Position numbers and translations under genes: made by a program
Notes under the pieces: generated by a model
What the model saw: the letters and a program-made list of their open reading frames with translations, nothing else
Told to the model about the DNA's origin: nothing
The model's database searches: none
Assembly (NCBI GenBank): GCA_937858435.1
Contig: CALLZJ010000359.1
Span: 1-44,973, forward strand
Source of the DNA: an uncultured bacterium
GTDB lineage: Bacteria; Planctomycetota; Planctomycetia; Gemmatales; HRBIN36
Length of the DNA: 44,973 bases
Direction: 5' to 3'
In this document: positions 1-8,815 of the stretch, piece after piece
How the letters are laid out: every line of letters begins with the position of its first letter
Numbering within the stretch: the first letter of the stretch is position 1

Positions 1-1
1 C

Positions 2-316
2 ACCGAGCTGCTCCTGGCCGGGCAGCGGGCCGATGGCGGCTTCGGCGGCGACCAGGCCGGCACGTCCGACCTGGAATCGTGCTACCGCATCGTCCGCTTG
101 TTCCATCGGCTGAAGCTGTCGGTCGCGGAGCCGGATCGGTTGCGGGAGTTCATCGCGCGGTGCCGGAATGCCGACGGTGGCTTCGGCATCCAGCCCGGTG
201 CGCCGTCGACGCTGCACGGCACTTACTACGCCACGATCGTTCGCCACTGGCTCGCCGGCGGCGAGGAGCACCCCAAGTCCAACCCCGGCGGAGCGGTGCA
301 GGAGCCACGGAAGTAG
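2..316 (+). CDS. C-terminal fragment (5' end outside window) of a prenyltransferase/squalene-oxidase-repeat (terpenoid-cyclase-like) protein
   Basis: Frame is open from the window edge to TAG at 314-316. Two copies of the repeat signature ADGGFG (QRADGGFGG, RNADGGFGIQPG) lie about 48 aa apart. Confidence 0.5.
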   Translation, partial: TELLLAGQRADGGFGGDQAGTSDLESCYRIVRLFHRLKLSVAEPDRLREFIARCRNADGGFGIQPGAPSTLHGTYYATIVRHWLAGGEEHPKSNPGGAVQEPRK

Positions 317-443
317 GGAACGTAAGGCGACTTCATGCCGCCCCACCCGACCAGCCCATTACCCGTTTAGGCTTGCAATTGGCTATTCCGTGAGCGATTA
401 TTGGATTGATCTTAACAGTCCTCCGGCCGACTGGACGGGTGCG

Positions 444-1010
444 ATGGCCGAGTCTTTCCCCGGGCTGATGGATCGGGCCTGCCGCGATGAGCCGCAGGCC
501 CAAGCTCTCTTGGTCGAGCGCTATAGCCCGATCATCTTGCGCGTGGTCCGACGCCATCTATCGCCCGAATTGCGTCGGTTGTTCGATTCGGTGGACTTGC
601 AGCAGGACGTCTGGCATTCCTTCTTTCGGCAGCTATCGCTGTCTGCCGGGTTGGATACTCCCGAGGCGCTGGCACGCTACTTGAACACCATCGCCAAGAA
701 TCATCTGGTCGATCTGTTTCGCAAGTGGCTCGGCACATCGCGCCGGGCCCTGGCCGGTGAATGTTCCAACCTGGACGAGAACGACATGCAGGCGCGGCTG
801 CGAGACACGCCCGCTACCGCCAGCCAACAGGCGATCGCCGCCGAGACCCGAGCCCGGATTGGCACGCAATTTCCGCCCCACTACCTGCGCATCGTCGAAC
901 TGCGGGAAGCCGGTGAGACTTACGAGGCGATTGCTGAAGCGCTCCAACTGAACGAGCGGACGGTCCGCCGGGTGTTGGAGCGGGTTCAGACCTTCTTGGT
1001 AGGCTCATAG
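444..1010 (+). CDS. ECF-type RNA polymerase sigma-70 family factor (188 aa)
   Basis: Sigma-2 region (LLVERYSPIILRVVRRHL...DLQQDVWHSFF) and sigma-4 HTH (LRIVELREAGETYEAIAEALQLNERTVRRVLERV). ATG at 444 chosen because the longer 168.. ORF overlaps the upstream gene. The stop lies 5 nt before the kinase-like gene. Confidence 0.85.
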   Translation: MAESFPGLMDRACRDEPQAQALLVERYSPIILRVVRRHLSPELRRLFDSVDLQQDVWHSFFRQLSLSAGLDTPEALARYLNTIAKNHLVDLFRKWLGTSRRALAGECSNLDENDMQARLRDTPATASQQAIAAETRARIGTQFPPHYLRIVELREAGETYEAIAEALQLNERTVRRVLERVQTFLVGS

Positions 1011-1015
1011 CTGAA

Positions 1016-3076
1016 ATGTCGGTCGCCGTACCCACCACTGGCAAGAATCTGAACGCCTTGGGGCGTACGGTTCTCCTTGAGTTGGCCTACGAGGAATACC
1101 TCGACCAGGCCGAGGCGGGACAGCCTCCCGAGGTGGCCGACTTCTGCGCGAATTTTCCAGGGCTGGAAGAGTCGCTGGCCAACCTACTCGACCTGCACCA
1201 CCGCCTGAAGTTTCTGGACGAGCCTTCGTCCCGTTCTTGGCCTGTCGAGCTCCCGGCGATCCCTGAGTTCGAGATCGTGCGCTCGGTTGCCGGCGGCTCA
1301 CTGTCGCGTGTCTTCCTGGCCCGGGACCGGCAGGCGGCGATGCGGCCCGTGGTCCTCAAGTTGTCGCGGCTCGGCAACGAGGAAACCTACGTTCAGAGCA
1401 GCCTCGGGCGCCTGCAACACCGGAACATCGCGGGCTTTCTCTATTCTCGGCAGATGGAGGAAGGCTGGACGCTCGCAGTGATGCCCTTCCAAGGGGACCT
1501 CACTCTTGAGAGTTTCCTCCAGCAATGGGCCGGGCAAGGACCACCGGCTAACGTGCTGCAGAGCGCGCTGCAGGCCAGTGCCGCGAGCTGGTCTGACGTA
1601 ACCGGTGCCGAGGCTCCGGAAGTACCGCGGATTGGCTCCTTCCGCAACTGGGTGCTGGCCTGCGCCGAGCAGTTGGCGGATGCCCTGCAGGTGATTCACC
1701 GCGAGTACTCCCACGGCGACATTAAGCCCGCCAAGGTGCTGCTGCCCCCAAGGGGCTGCCCCTTGTTGCGGGTTTTCACCTTGTCCCGCCGCACCAGTGG
1801 CACGACCGTCCGGCCGGGCGGCACCCTGCTGTACATGGCTCCAGAATTGCTGGGAGCCTTGGCCGTGCGTCCTGGCACTTCTCTGCCGGCTGACCAACTG
1901 CTTGACTACTGCCGGGCTGACCAGTTCGCCTTTGGCGTGATGTTCATTCAGTTACTCACGGGCCGGCACCCCTATGCCTTGGCGTCGGACGGTGGCAAGA
2001 CCGTTCTGGAGCTTGTGGGGGAGTTGCAGGCGCGGCTGCGGACTCCTGCCGCCCGAACCTGGGAGCAAGCCAGGGTGCTGGATGGGGGTCTGCGTGAACT
2101 GCTGCGGCGCTGCGTGGCCGCTGATCCGGCGGAGCGCTGGCCGGACTTCGCTGCGATCAGGAACGAACTGCGCGATCGGCGGAGTCGACAGACCCGAGCC
2201 CGCCGGTTCTTCGCTGCCGCGGGCGTGGCGACGGCGTTAGCAGTCGCCACGGGCTGGCCCTTGGTTGCCAATCTGGCCAAGGAACAAGTCACCCCGGCGC
2301 TCGTCCAGCGCGCGCTGGACCAGGGCCGATTTGACCAGGCACTGGAAGCCGCTACCCAATTGGTGATCGCAGCGCCGGAGGACCCCGAAGTCCGCTTCCT
2401 TCGAGTTCTGGCCCTGGAGGGCAAGCAACAATATTCGGCAGCTATAGCCGACTTGAGTTTGAGTTTGCAATGGAAGCCCATGGCGGAGCGGTACGCGCTG
2501 TTGGCGTACTACTATGGGCTGCCCCCGACCAGACAGCCCGATAGCGCGAGAGTCTACGCGGAAAGGGCGCGCGATCTTGGTTGCACGTCGGCCGCAAACC
2601 TAGCCAACCTTGGTTACGCCTACCTGGCCACGGCGTCTCCGACGAGCGCCAAAGCCACCTTGGACCTTGCCATCAGCATGGACCTGCATCTGGCCATGGC
2701 GTATCGCAATCGGGCCAAGTGCTTCTTCGACCGGTTGATGAATTCCCCAACGAAGGACTTCCCAGACTATCCACTCGCCGAGCGCATCGCGGACATTTGC
2801 CGGGCCTTGGAGTCGCTCAGCTCCGGTGACATCCATGCCGACGCCGCCTCCATCTTTGCCCATGCCGCCCGTACCGACGAAACTTGGGGCCCCCGGGCGC
2901 TTGAACAGCTTCGCCTAGCCTTAAGCCAAGGTTGTGACCCGGCTCGCTTTCGTAAAGAGCCTGCATTCATGCCTCTACGGGCGCTGCCGGGCTTCGAGGC
3001 GATCTTGGACACCCCTGCCGCCCCCAATGCCATCTCATTCCTCCCACGCGTGGTCCATCCACTTCGGCCATATTGA
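1016..3076 (+). CDS. Ser/Thr protein kinase-like protein with degenerate catalytic motifs, one TM segment and a C-terminal TPR-like region (686 aa)
   Basis: Kinase fold markers are VVLKL (VAIK Lys), HGDIKPAK (HRDxKPxN-like) and YMAPELL (APE). The DFG position reads VFT. TM segment is FFAAAGVATALAVATGWPLVA, followed by helical repeats. Starts 5 nt after the sigma gene stop. Confidence 0.85.
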   Translation: MSVAVPTTGKNLNALGRTVLLELAYEEYLDQAEAGQPPEVADFCANFPGLEESLANLLDLHHRLKFLDEPSSRSWPVELPAIPEFEIVRSVAGGSLSRVFLARDRQAAMRPVVLKLSRLGNEETYVQSSLGRLQHRNIAGFLYSRQMEEGWTLAVMPFQGDLTLESFLQQWAGQGPPANVLQSALQASAASWSDVTGAEAPEVPRIGSFRNWVLACAEQLADALQVIHREYSHGDIKPAKVLLPPRGCPLLRVFTLSRRTSGTTVRPGGTLLYMAPELLGALAVRPGTSLPADQLLDYCRADQFAFGVMFIQLLTGRHPYALASDGGKTVLELVGELQARLRTPAARTWEQARVLDGGLRELLRRCVAADPAERWPDFAAIRNELRDRRSRQTRARRFFAAAGVATALAVATGWPLVANLAKEQVTPALVQRALDQGRFDQALEAATQLVIAAPEDPEVRFLRVLALEGKQQYSAAIADLSLSLQWKPMAERYALLAYYYGLPPTRQPDSARVYAERARDLGCTSAANLANLGYAYLATASPTSAKATLDLAISMDLHLAMAYRNRAKCFFDRLMNSPTKDFPDYPLAERIADICRALESLSSGDIHADAASIFAHAARTDETWGPRALEQLRLALSQGCDPARFRKEPAFMPLRALPGFEAILDTPAAPNAISFLPRVVHPLRPY

Positions 3077-3195
3077 TTCGGCCAAGAATTCCTGTCCGTT
3101 ATTGACCTGAATCCTCGACATCTGAGGTAGCGGCGAAGTCTGTGCTCCGCGGTGGAGCCAGACTCGACCCTTCGTGCTCAGAGAGCGAGGCTGTC

Positions 3196-3552
3196 ATGAC
3201 TTGGTCGAAGACCAGGCCCGTCCTCCGTCTGGCCCTGGCTTGCGTTGCCCTTCTTGTTGTCGCTGCAGAGGCCCGCCCGTTTCCCCGTCCCGTCGAGTCG
3301 TCCTTCACCAATGTTATCGTCGGGGCAAAAGGTGACATCCTTCTGATGAGCGGTGTCGTCACGGCACCGCCCGGCTGCCGGATCATTGTTACGGGACTTC
3401 CTGGTCACTCCAGCGTGGAGTTGCAGCTTGGTGCGGATGGTACGTTCTCCGGCTCCTTCCCTGTCCCTCCCGGCGCGTCTGGGTCCCTTCAGTTCAACCT
3501 CATTGATCCGTCCGGCGAGTTGCTCGATACCTACATCTCACACTTCGAGTAA
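3196..3552 (+). CDS. small secreted protein (118 aa), unknown function
   Basis: ATG at 3196 followed by a signal-peptide-like RPVLRLALACVALLVVAAEA. Beta-rich remainder. First gene of a tightly packed same-strand cluster. Confidence 0.5.
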   Translation: MTWSKTRPVLRLALACVALLVVAAEARPFPRPVESSFTNVIVGAKGDILLMSGVVTAPPGCRIIVTGLPGHSSVELQLGADGTFSGSFPVPPGASGSLQFNLIDPSGELLDTYISHFE

Positions 3553-3569
3553 CAGCAAAGGGAGTTACC

Positions 3570-3872
3570 ATGTCCACGCCTGAGGAGAAGCGACGGCGGA
3601 ATCTGCGCATTTGGGTCGGCCGGCGCCTTGTCCGACCAGACCCAGGAGCCATGCTGCCCTTTCACAACGTGCTCGATCGGCTTTGGTCGACCTGGCCTCA
3701 TTTGGCGTTGCCAGATGCGAGCTTAGCCAAGGACCAGTTGGCCACCCTGGTGCAGGTCGTTCTGGCCGCCAGGCGGCCGCAGTCGGTGCATCACACTCTG
3801 ATGAGCGTCACGCCGAGTGAAACACTGCCGGCCGGAACGCCCCTGGCTTCCCAGCATCCGGCCACACCCTGA
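3570..3872 (+). CDS. hypothetical protein (100 aa)
   Basis: Strong SD AAAGGGAG 6 nt upstream of the ATG. Lies 17 nt after the preceding stop. No recognisable motif. Confidence 0.45.
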   Translation: MSTPEEKRRRNLRIWVGRRLVRPDPGAMLPFHNVLDRLWSTWPHLALPDASLAKDQLATLVQVVLAARRPQSVHHTLMSVTPSETLPAGTPLASQHPATP

Positions 3873-3906
3873 ACGGCTCCCAAGCCCCATCTTCACTGGA
3901 GTTCCG

Positions 3907-5502
3907 ATGGCCACCCCGCACCAGCACGGCCGCACCCAGTACTTCATCGAGGGTGAAGGACTTGCGTCCAGCGACATGACCTCCCCGCGGTTGAAGCAGT
4001 TGTTTGCCCATCATCTTGCGGCCGCCGCGGCTCCCGTGCCCGCCGTCAACGCCAAGCGGGCGTTTCGTTTCTGTCGAATGTTCCCCGACTTGGCGAAGTT
4101 CCAGCCTGACGACTCTAGCCTGATCGCCCTGGGGCAAGCGCTAAACGATCCGTTCGTGGCGGGAGCGGGAGATTCTGATCTCCCAGCCGGATTCACCTAC
4201 CTGGGACAGTTCGTCGATCACGACATTACGTTCGATCGCACCGACGGGATTCCTGATGGCTCACTCGAACCCAAGGACATCGAGCAGGGGCGGTCGCCAG
4301 CCCTGGAGCTAGATAGCGTTTATGGCCGAGGCCCCAAGCATTCTCCCGAACTCTATGAAGCAGACGGTGTGCGGCTGCGCATCGGCACCACTACCGGAAG
4401 GGCTCTCTTCGGAGTCACCAAGTCCTTTCCTAACGACTTGCCACGGCATCCGGAGAGCGATCCGGCCCATCCGAAGCAAGCGATTATCGGCGACCCGCGC
4501 AACGACGAGAACCTGATCGTTGCCCAAACCCATCTTGCCTTCCTCAAGTTTCACAACGCCGTCGTAGCGCGATTGACGGCCTCAGCGGCCAAGCCCGACA
4601 ACCTGTTCGCGGAGGCCCGCAAGACAGTCGTGCAGCACTACCAGTCGATTGTCCTGCACGACTTCGTGCCGCGGCTGGTCGATCTCGAGGTTTGGCGCGA
4701 CGTGCTTACGAACGGACGGAAGTTCTTCTTCCCCAAGGGCGCGCCATCGGGCAGTCGCCTCGGCATGCCCGTCGAATTCTCCGTGGCCGCCTATCGCATG
4801 GGGCACAGTCTGGTGCGGAATGCCTATCAGTGGAACTCAGTCTTCAGCTCCGACGGCCGGGCTGGGTTCGTTCCCAGGTTGAACCTCTTCTTCGAGTTCT
4901 CCCAGGTGTCGGGCGACTTGGGTGGCTTTCCGACGCTGCCCAGCGACTGGATCGTGGACTGGCGGCGGATGTTCGACTTTAGCGAGCAACCCGGCGGCGG
5001 TCGCCATCCTCAACTCAACTTCGCTCGGCAGATCGATACGAAGCTGGCCAACGACTTGCAACTGTTGCCTGAATTTGCCACGGCCGAACAGGAACACTTG
5101 AAGTCGCTCGCGGTGCGCAACCTCCTTCGCGGCCGCCTGATTGGACTGCCTACGGGCCAGGATGTCGCGGCCAGGCTGGGCGTGCCATCCCTGACGCCGG
5201 CCGAAGTGGCCTCGGGGCCACATGCGGCGGTCATCCTTGCTTCTGGATTCGACACCCAGACGCCCTTGTGGTTCTACATCCTGAAGGAGGCGGAACTGAG
5301 GCAGGGTGGCATGCGCCTGGGCACCGTGGGTAGTCGACTCTTGTGTGAGACCTTCCACGGCCTGATTGAAGGGAGTGATTACTCGATTCTGAAAGAGGCT
5401 GATTGGGAGCCGAGCCTCCCCGCCCATCGGGGCGACCATTTCACCATGAACGACTTGCTGATCTTCGTGAACGACTTGAACCCGCTCGGCAACGGCCACT
5501 AG
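3907..5502 (+). CDS. haem peroxidase of the peroxidase-cyclooxygenase (animal haem peroxidase) superfamily, no signal peptide (531 aa)
   Basis: Distal-site motif GQFVDHDITFD, GDPRNDENLIVAQTHLAFLKFHN, and proximal His motif FSVAAYRMGHSLV. GGAG lies 5 nt upstream of ATG 3907. The longer 3817 start would overlap the upstream ORF. Confidence 0.85.
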   Translation: MATPHQHGRTQYFIEGEGLASSDMTSPRLKQLFAHHLAAAAAPVPAVNAKRAFRFCRMFPDLAKFQPDDSSLIALGQALNDPFVAGAGDSDLPAGFTYLGQFVDHDITFDRTDGIPDGSLEPKDIEQGRSPALELDSVYGRGPKHSPELYEADGVRLRIGTTTGRALFGVTKSFPNDLPRHPESDPAHPKQAIIGDPRNDENLIVAQTHLAFLKFHNAVVARLTASAAKPDNLFAEARKTVVQHYQSIVLHDFVPRLVDLEVWRDVLTNGRKFFFPKGAPSGSRLGMPVEFSVAAYRMGHSLVRNAYQWNSVFSSDGRAGFVPRLNLFFEFSQVSGDLGGFPTLPSDWIVDWRRMFDFSEQPGGGRHPQLNFARQIDTKLANDLQLLPEFATAEQEHLKSLAVRNLLRGRLIGLPTGQDVAARLGVPSLTPAEVASGPHAAVILASGFDTQTPLWFYILKEAELRQGGMRLGTVGSRLLCETFHGLIEGSDYSILKEADWEPSLPAHRGDHFTMNDLLIFVNDLNPLGNGH

Positions 5503-5518
5503 GTGAATGGAGTTTGAA

Positions 5519-7756
5519 ATGGCAATTATCGACCAAGTCAAAGCGGCGTGTGACCGATTGGCCCCGCTCGGTTGGAGGGCGCTCATCCTGGCAGCAACCC
5601 GAGACGTGCTGGACATTGCCGCCCCGACGGCGGCCGAATTGGCCGCCCGCCTCGACAAGGAACTCCTTCCGGCGGATGTGAATCGTTCGGTTGCCGGCTT
5701 CAGCGACTTTGCACAAGCGACCACTCGGGGAGTGTTCCCAGGTTCGCCGGCACGCAGCCTCCTGTACCACGCGTTCGCCAGCCCGGGCGTCGAGCTCGCG
5801 CCGGACGGCTCGGTGCTCGGCGGATTCCCGACCCTCGCCGAAATCGAAGCCCTTGAAAACTACGTGTTCGCCGCCAGACGAGCATCGATTGCGACCTTGC
5901 GAACCCTGGTCGGTGGGGTAGAGCTATCTGTCGTCGTGTTTGCCTGCGAGTACCGGCCGGCCAAGGACACCCCTTCGAAACTGCAGGCCGATCTGACTTT
6001 CTCCCGCACGGGTCTCGCCCGCGTGGGAACGGCTCCGCCCCGGTATGATGGGGCCGCTCGCGGGTTCTGGCCCGAGGACGAAGCCGACCCCTTCGGCATC
6101 CGTGTGTGCCCGGCCCGCTATGTAGCCTACCTGGCAGTCAAAGTCAAAGGCGCGGTGGCCAGGCCCATGCGGCCACAGACGGGTGATGCCGCACGTGACT
6201 TCTGGCAGCCGGTGCACAAGTTGTTCCCCGGCCCCGAGTGTCTAAACGGAGTCAACGTCGATCTCGGCTTCACCGCCGCGCACATCAACGAGAAACTCCG
6301 ACGCATCCACAAGGCCCTCGGTGCGGATGATTCCGAGCGACTGCAAGCTCCGCCCTTCCGCTTCTCGGAGGGGATTGCCAATCTGGCGAGTGGGACCGAC
6401 TTCCCGGCCGGGACCCTCGTGCCGGTCGTTCACCGGCGGCTGGTGGAGCCAGCCCGCGGCGCGGCGGGAGCGTCCGTTTCTTATCGCGTCCCCGCGGATA
6501 ACGGCAGCTTTTTTGCCGCCTATGAGCCTGGTAGCTCGGCGCCGGAATACGTCCATGCCCGGACCGAGGTGGACGGGTCGGGCGGTCTTACCGACCTCAA
6601 CAACCTTACCGATGTCAGAGCGCGCGTGGCGGCTGGCGACTATGACGCGCTCCATTACGTGGACTTCACCGGTGACGGCCAGGTGCAAGCGGTATGTCCA
6701 GCCGTGACCGCCCTCGCCGAGGTCGCGAACAGGACCGTTCCGGCCTATTCCCTGGTGGCCGCGCCAGACTTCTTTCCTTCCGTCGGCCAGCGGGAACTGA
6801 CCGAATGGACCGAAACGGCCATTCCATTAGCGGAGCGCAACAGCATCTGGGCAGTCCCGCCAACCCCACTGTGCGATACGCGCCTGGCCGCCAACCTGCA
6901 ACTTCCGGGCATGACTTTCGATCCGCGGGAGGTGACCGTCACGGCGCTCCTCACTCTGCGTGACGAGCCGCCAGTGGCGGTCGGCCCGCCGAAATCGAAG
7001 GACGCCCGGCGTCACTCGGCCTTGCCGGACGACGGGGCCGGGGTGTTCGCTCCGGGCTGGGACACCGCCCGGGACCGGACGGAGGACGGCGTCGGCCACT
7101 TGGCGGTGTATGGGCTCGGCAGCCCGTTCCCGGAGGATGCCAAATTGTGTGCGGCCTTGAGCACGTTCTGGCCGGCTGTGGCTCCGGACGTCGCCCGCAC
7201 TTTTCTCGACAACCCTGCCACTCGGCGGGGCACGGCCTCTCCTCTCTTCGATGACGAGATCGGGCAGGTGGGCGGGGTGTCGTGGGACGGCATTCCCGGT
7301 CCGCGCGTGGTCGATGTCGGAGGCGTGCAGTTCCTTGAAGGCGCCGATTTCCAGCACGCCGACTATGTGGAAGAGGCCTTGAACGGGCGGTGGTCGATCC
7401 GGATCACGGCGGCGGTCACGACTGCCGAGTACACCAGCCGTACCCGGGCCATGGCTCGCGCCCACCGGGCGCTCCCGGTTGCGAACCGGGACCGGTGGTT
7501 CGTCATTTCGTTCCGGCGGGCGGCTTTGGGGGATCCGGACCTGGTCTCGGCGCAAGGGATGACCAGCGTGGTGCTGGCCGGCCCGGTCTTCCGTATCGAC
7601 CTGTGTCGGTGGGTCTCGGGCTCGTTGATTTCGACGGATGTGCGGCGGGCACGAATGCCGATTAACGACCGGCGGCTGATGTTCGCGTCCGCTGACACGT
7701 CCGCGGTGCTGCTCAGGCCCTTCTCGTCCGCCGTCTGGTCCGCGGTTGCCACGTGA
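5519..7756 (+). CDS. large conserved-looking hypothetical protein (745 aa), no assignable domain
   Basis: Long ORF with high third-position GC. GGAG lies 6 nt upstream of ATG 5519 (alternative ATG at 5507). Starts 16 nt after the peroxidase stop, and its stop overlaps the next start (GTGA). Confidence 0.7.
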   Translation: MAIIDQVKAACDRLAPLGWRALILAATRDVLDIAAPTAAELAARLDKELLPADVNRSVAGFSDFAQATTRGVFPGSPARSLLYHAFASPGVELAPDGSVLGGFPTLAEIEALENYVFAARRASIATLRTLVGGVELSVVVFACEYRPAKDTPSKLQADLTFSRTGLARVGTAPPRYDGAARGFWPEDEADPFGIRVCPARYVAYLAVKVKGAVARPMRPQTGDAARDFWQPVHKLFPGPECLNGVNVDLGFTAAHINEKLRRIHKALGADDSERLQAPPFRFSEGIANLASGTDFPAGTLVPVVHRRLVEPARGAAGASVSYRVPADNGSFFAAYEPGSSAPEYVHARTEVDGSGGLTDLNNLTDVRARVAAGDYDALHYVDFTGDGQVQAVCPAVTALAEVANRTVPAYSLVAAPDFFPSVGQRELTEWTETAIPLAERNSIWAVPPTPLCDTRLAANLQLPGMTFDPREVTVTALLTLRDEPPVAVGPPKSKDARRHSALPDDGAGVFAPGWDTARDRTEDGVGHLAVYGLGSPFPEDAKLCAALSTFWPAVAPDVARTFLDNPATRRGTASPLFDDEIGQVGGVSWDGIPGPRVVDVGGVQFLEGADFQHADYVEEALNGRWSIRITAAVTTAEYTSRTRAMARAHRALPVANRDRWFVISFRRAALGDPDLVSAQGMTSVVLAGPVFRIDLCRWVSGSLISTDVRRARMPINDRRLMFASADTSAVLLRPFSSAVWSAVAT

Positions 7757-8775
7757 TCGACTGCGATGTGCTCGTCATTGGTGCAGGCCCGGCCGGAACC
7801 GCGGCGGCCATTACGGCGGCGCGGGCCGGCCTCAGCACCGTCATCGTCGAGCACCTCCAGTTTCCCCGCCACCGGCCGGGCGAAACGCTGCCGCCGGGCG
7901 TGGAACCGCTCCTCCGTCACCTCGGCGTGTGGGACTCCCTCAACCTGGCGGATTGTGTCAGGCATCCAGGCGTGTCTGTCTGGGAGCACGGTGGCCAGCG
8001 GCTCTCGCTGTACGGTGCCGATGACTACGGGCCATGGCTCGGCTTGCAGGTGCCGCGCGCCGTGCTCGACGACACCCTGCTGACCGCGGCCCGGCGGGCG
8101 AATTGTCGCATACTCCAGCCGCTGCGGGCCGCGACGGCCTGGCGCGAGGGCGAGCGCGTCGGTGGAATCAGGTCGCACTGCGGCCAGAATGTGCGTGCCC
8201 GCTGGACCATCGACGCCAGTGGCGGTGGCCATTGGCTCGCCAACCGGCTCGGCTCTTCCGTCGCCAGGCACAGCATCCCGCTCGCCGTCCGCTATGGCTA
8301 CACGCACCGGACGACGGCAGACGTGAGCACCGTGCCGTTCTTCTGCCGCGAGCCGAACGGTTGGACGTGGATGGCCCAAGTGGGACCTGACCGCTTTCAC
8401 TGGGCCCGCCTCCGTCCGGCCGGGACACCGATCGAACCGCCGGTCGAGTTTGCTTCAGAGATCGCGGCGGACCCCATCCGCGGGGCGGATGTCACCTGGC
8501 GCCTGGTGCCCACTGCCGCGGGAGCGGGCTACTTTCTCGTTGGCGACGCGGTGATGGTGTTCGACCCGGCCGCGGCCAACGGCGTACTCCGGGGCCTACT
8601 CACCGGGATCATGGCCGGGCACGCCGCGGCGCGCATCCACAAGGGCTTGTCGGAGAAGATGGCCATCATCGGTTACTCGCGGTGGGTCAGCGACCTCTTC
8701 GCATCCACGCTCCAGCGGATGTCGGCGGAATTCCCGGAGCTTGCCCGACCGCAAGCGACCGAGGTGAGTCGTTGA
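7753..8775 (+). CDS. FAD-dependent oxidoreductase (geranylgeranyl-reductase/halogenase-like fold, 340 aa)
   Basis: N-terminal dinucleotide motif DVLVIGAGPAGTAAA, a second FAD motif FLVGDAVMVFDPAAANGV, and a GWTWM string. GTG start overlaps the upstream TGA by 4 nt. Confidence 0.8.
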   Translation: MIDCDVLVIGAGPAGTAAAITAARAGLSTVIVEHLQFPRHRPGETLPPGVEPLLRHLGVWDSLNLADCVRHPGVSVWEHGGQRLSLYGADDYGPWLGLQVPRAVLDDTLLTAARRANCRILQPLRAATAWREGERVGGIRSHCGQNVRARWTIDASGGGHWLANRLGSSVARHSIPLAVRYGYTHRTTADVSTVPFFCREPNGWTWMAQVGPDRFHWARLRPAGTPIEPPVEFASEIAADPIRGADVTWRLVPTAAGAGYFLVGDAVMVFDPAAANGVLRGLLTGIMAGHAAARIHKGLSEKMAIIGYSRWVSDLFASTLQRMSAEFPELARPQATEVSR

Positions 8776-8815
8776 GATGGTTGGCTGGGCAGGCCCGAAC
8801 GTGGCTAGGCCGCTA

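Noticed and set aside
168-443. Long N-terminal extensions offered by the ORF track, for example sigma factor from 168, metallophosphoesterase from 16942, coaC from 28591, secretin from 31069 and metK from 20147
   Set aside because: The extensions overlap upstream genes or lack family similarity. Internal starts with SD sequences give canonical N-termini (signal peptides, Tat motifs, conserved first motifs).
317-443. ECF-type promoter motifs (GGAAC-N16/17-CGTC), searched upstream of both sigma genes and of the peroxidase operon (3077-3195, 22145-22354)
   Set aside because: GGAAC or GAAT-like strings occur (for example 317-321), but none has a convincing -10 at the right spacing.
7363-8400. 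345-aa minus-strand ORF. Similar long antisense ORFs occur at 12614-13720, 17305-18351, 19700-20824, 36480-37547 and 37909-38928.
   Set aside because: Each overlaps a gene with clear family motifs on the other strand or frame (flavoprotein, thrS, metallophosphoesterase, aminotransferase/metK, membrane protein, GT2). Their compositions are Arg/Pro/Gly-biased, as expected for out-of-frame high-GC sequence.
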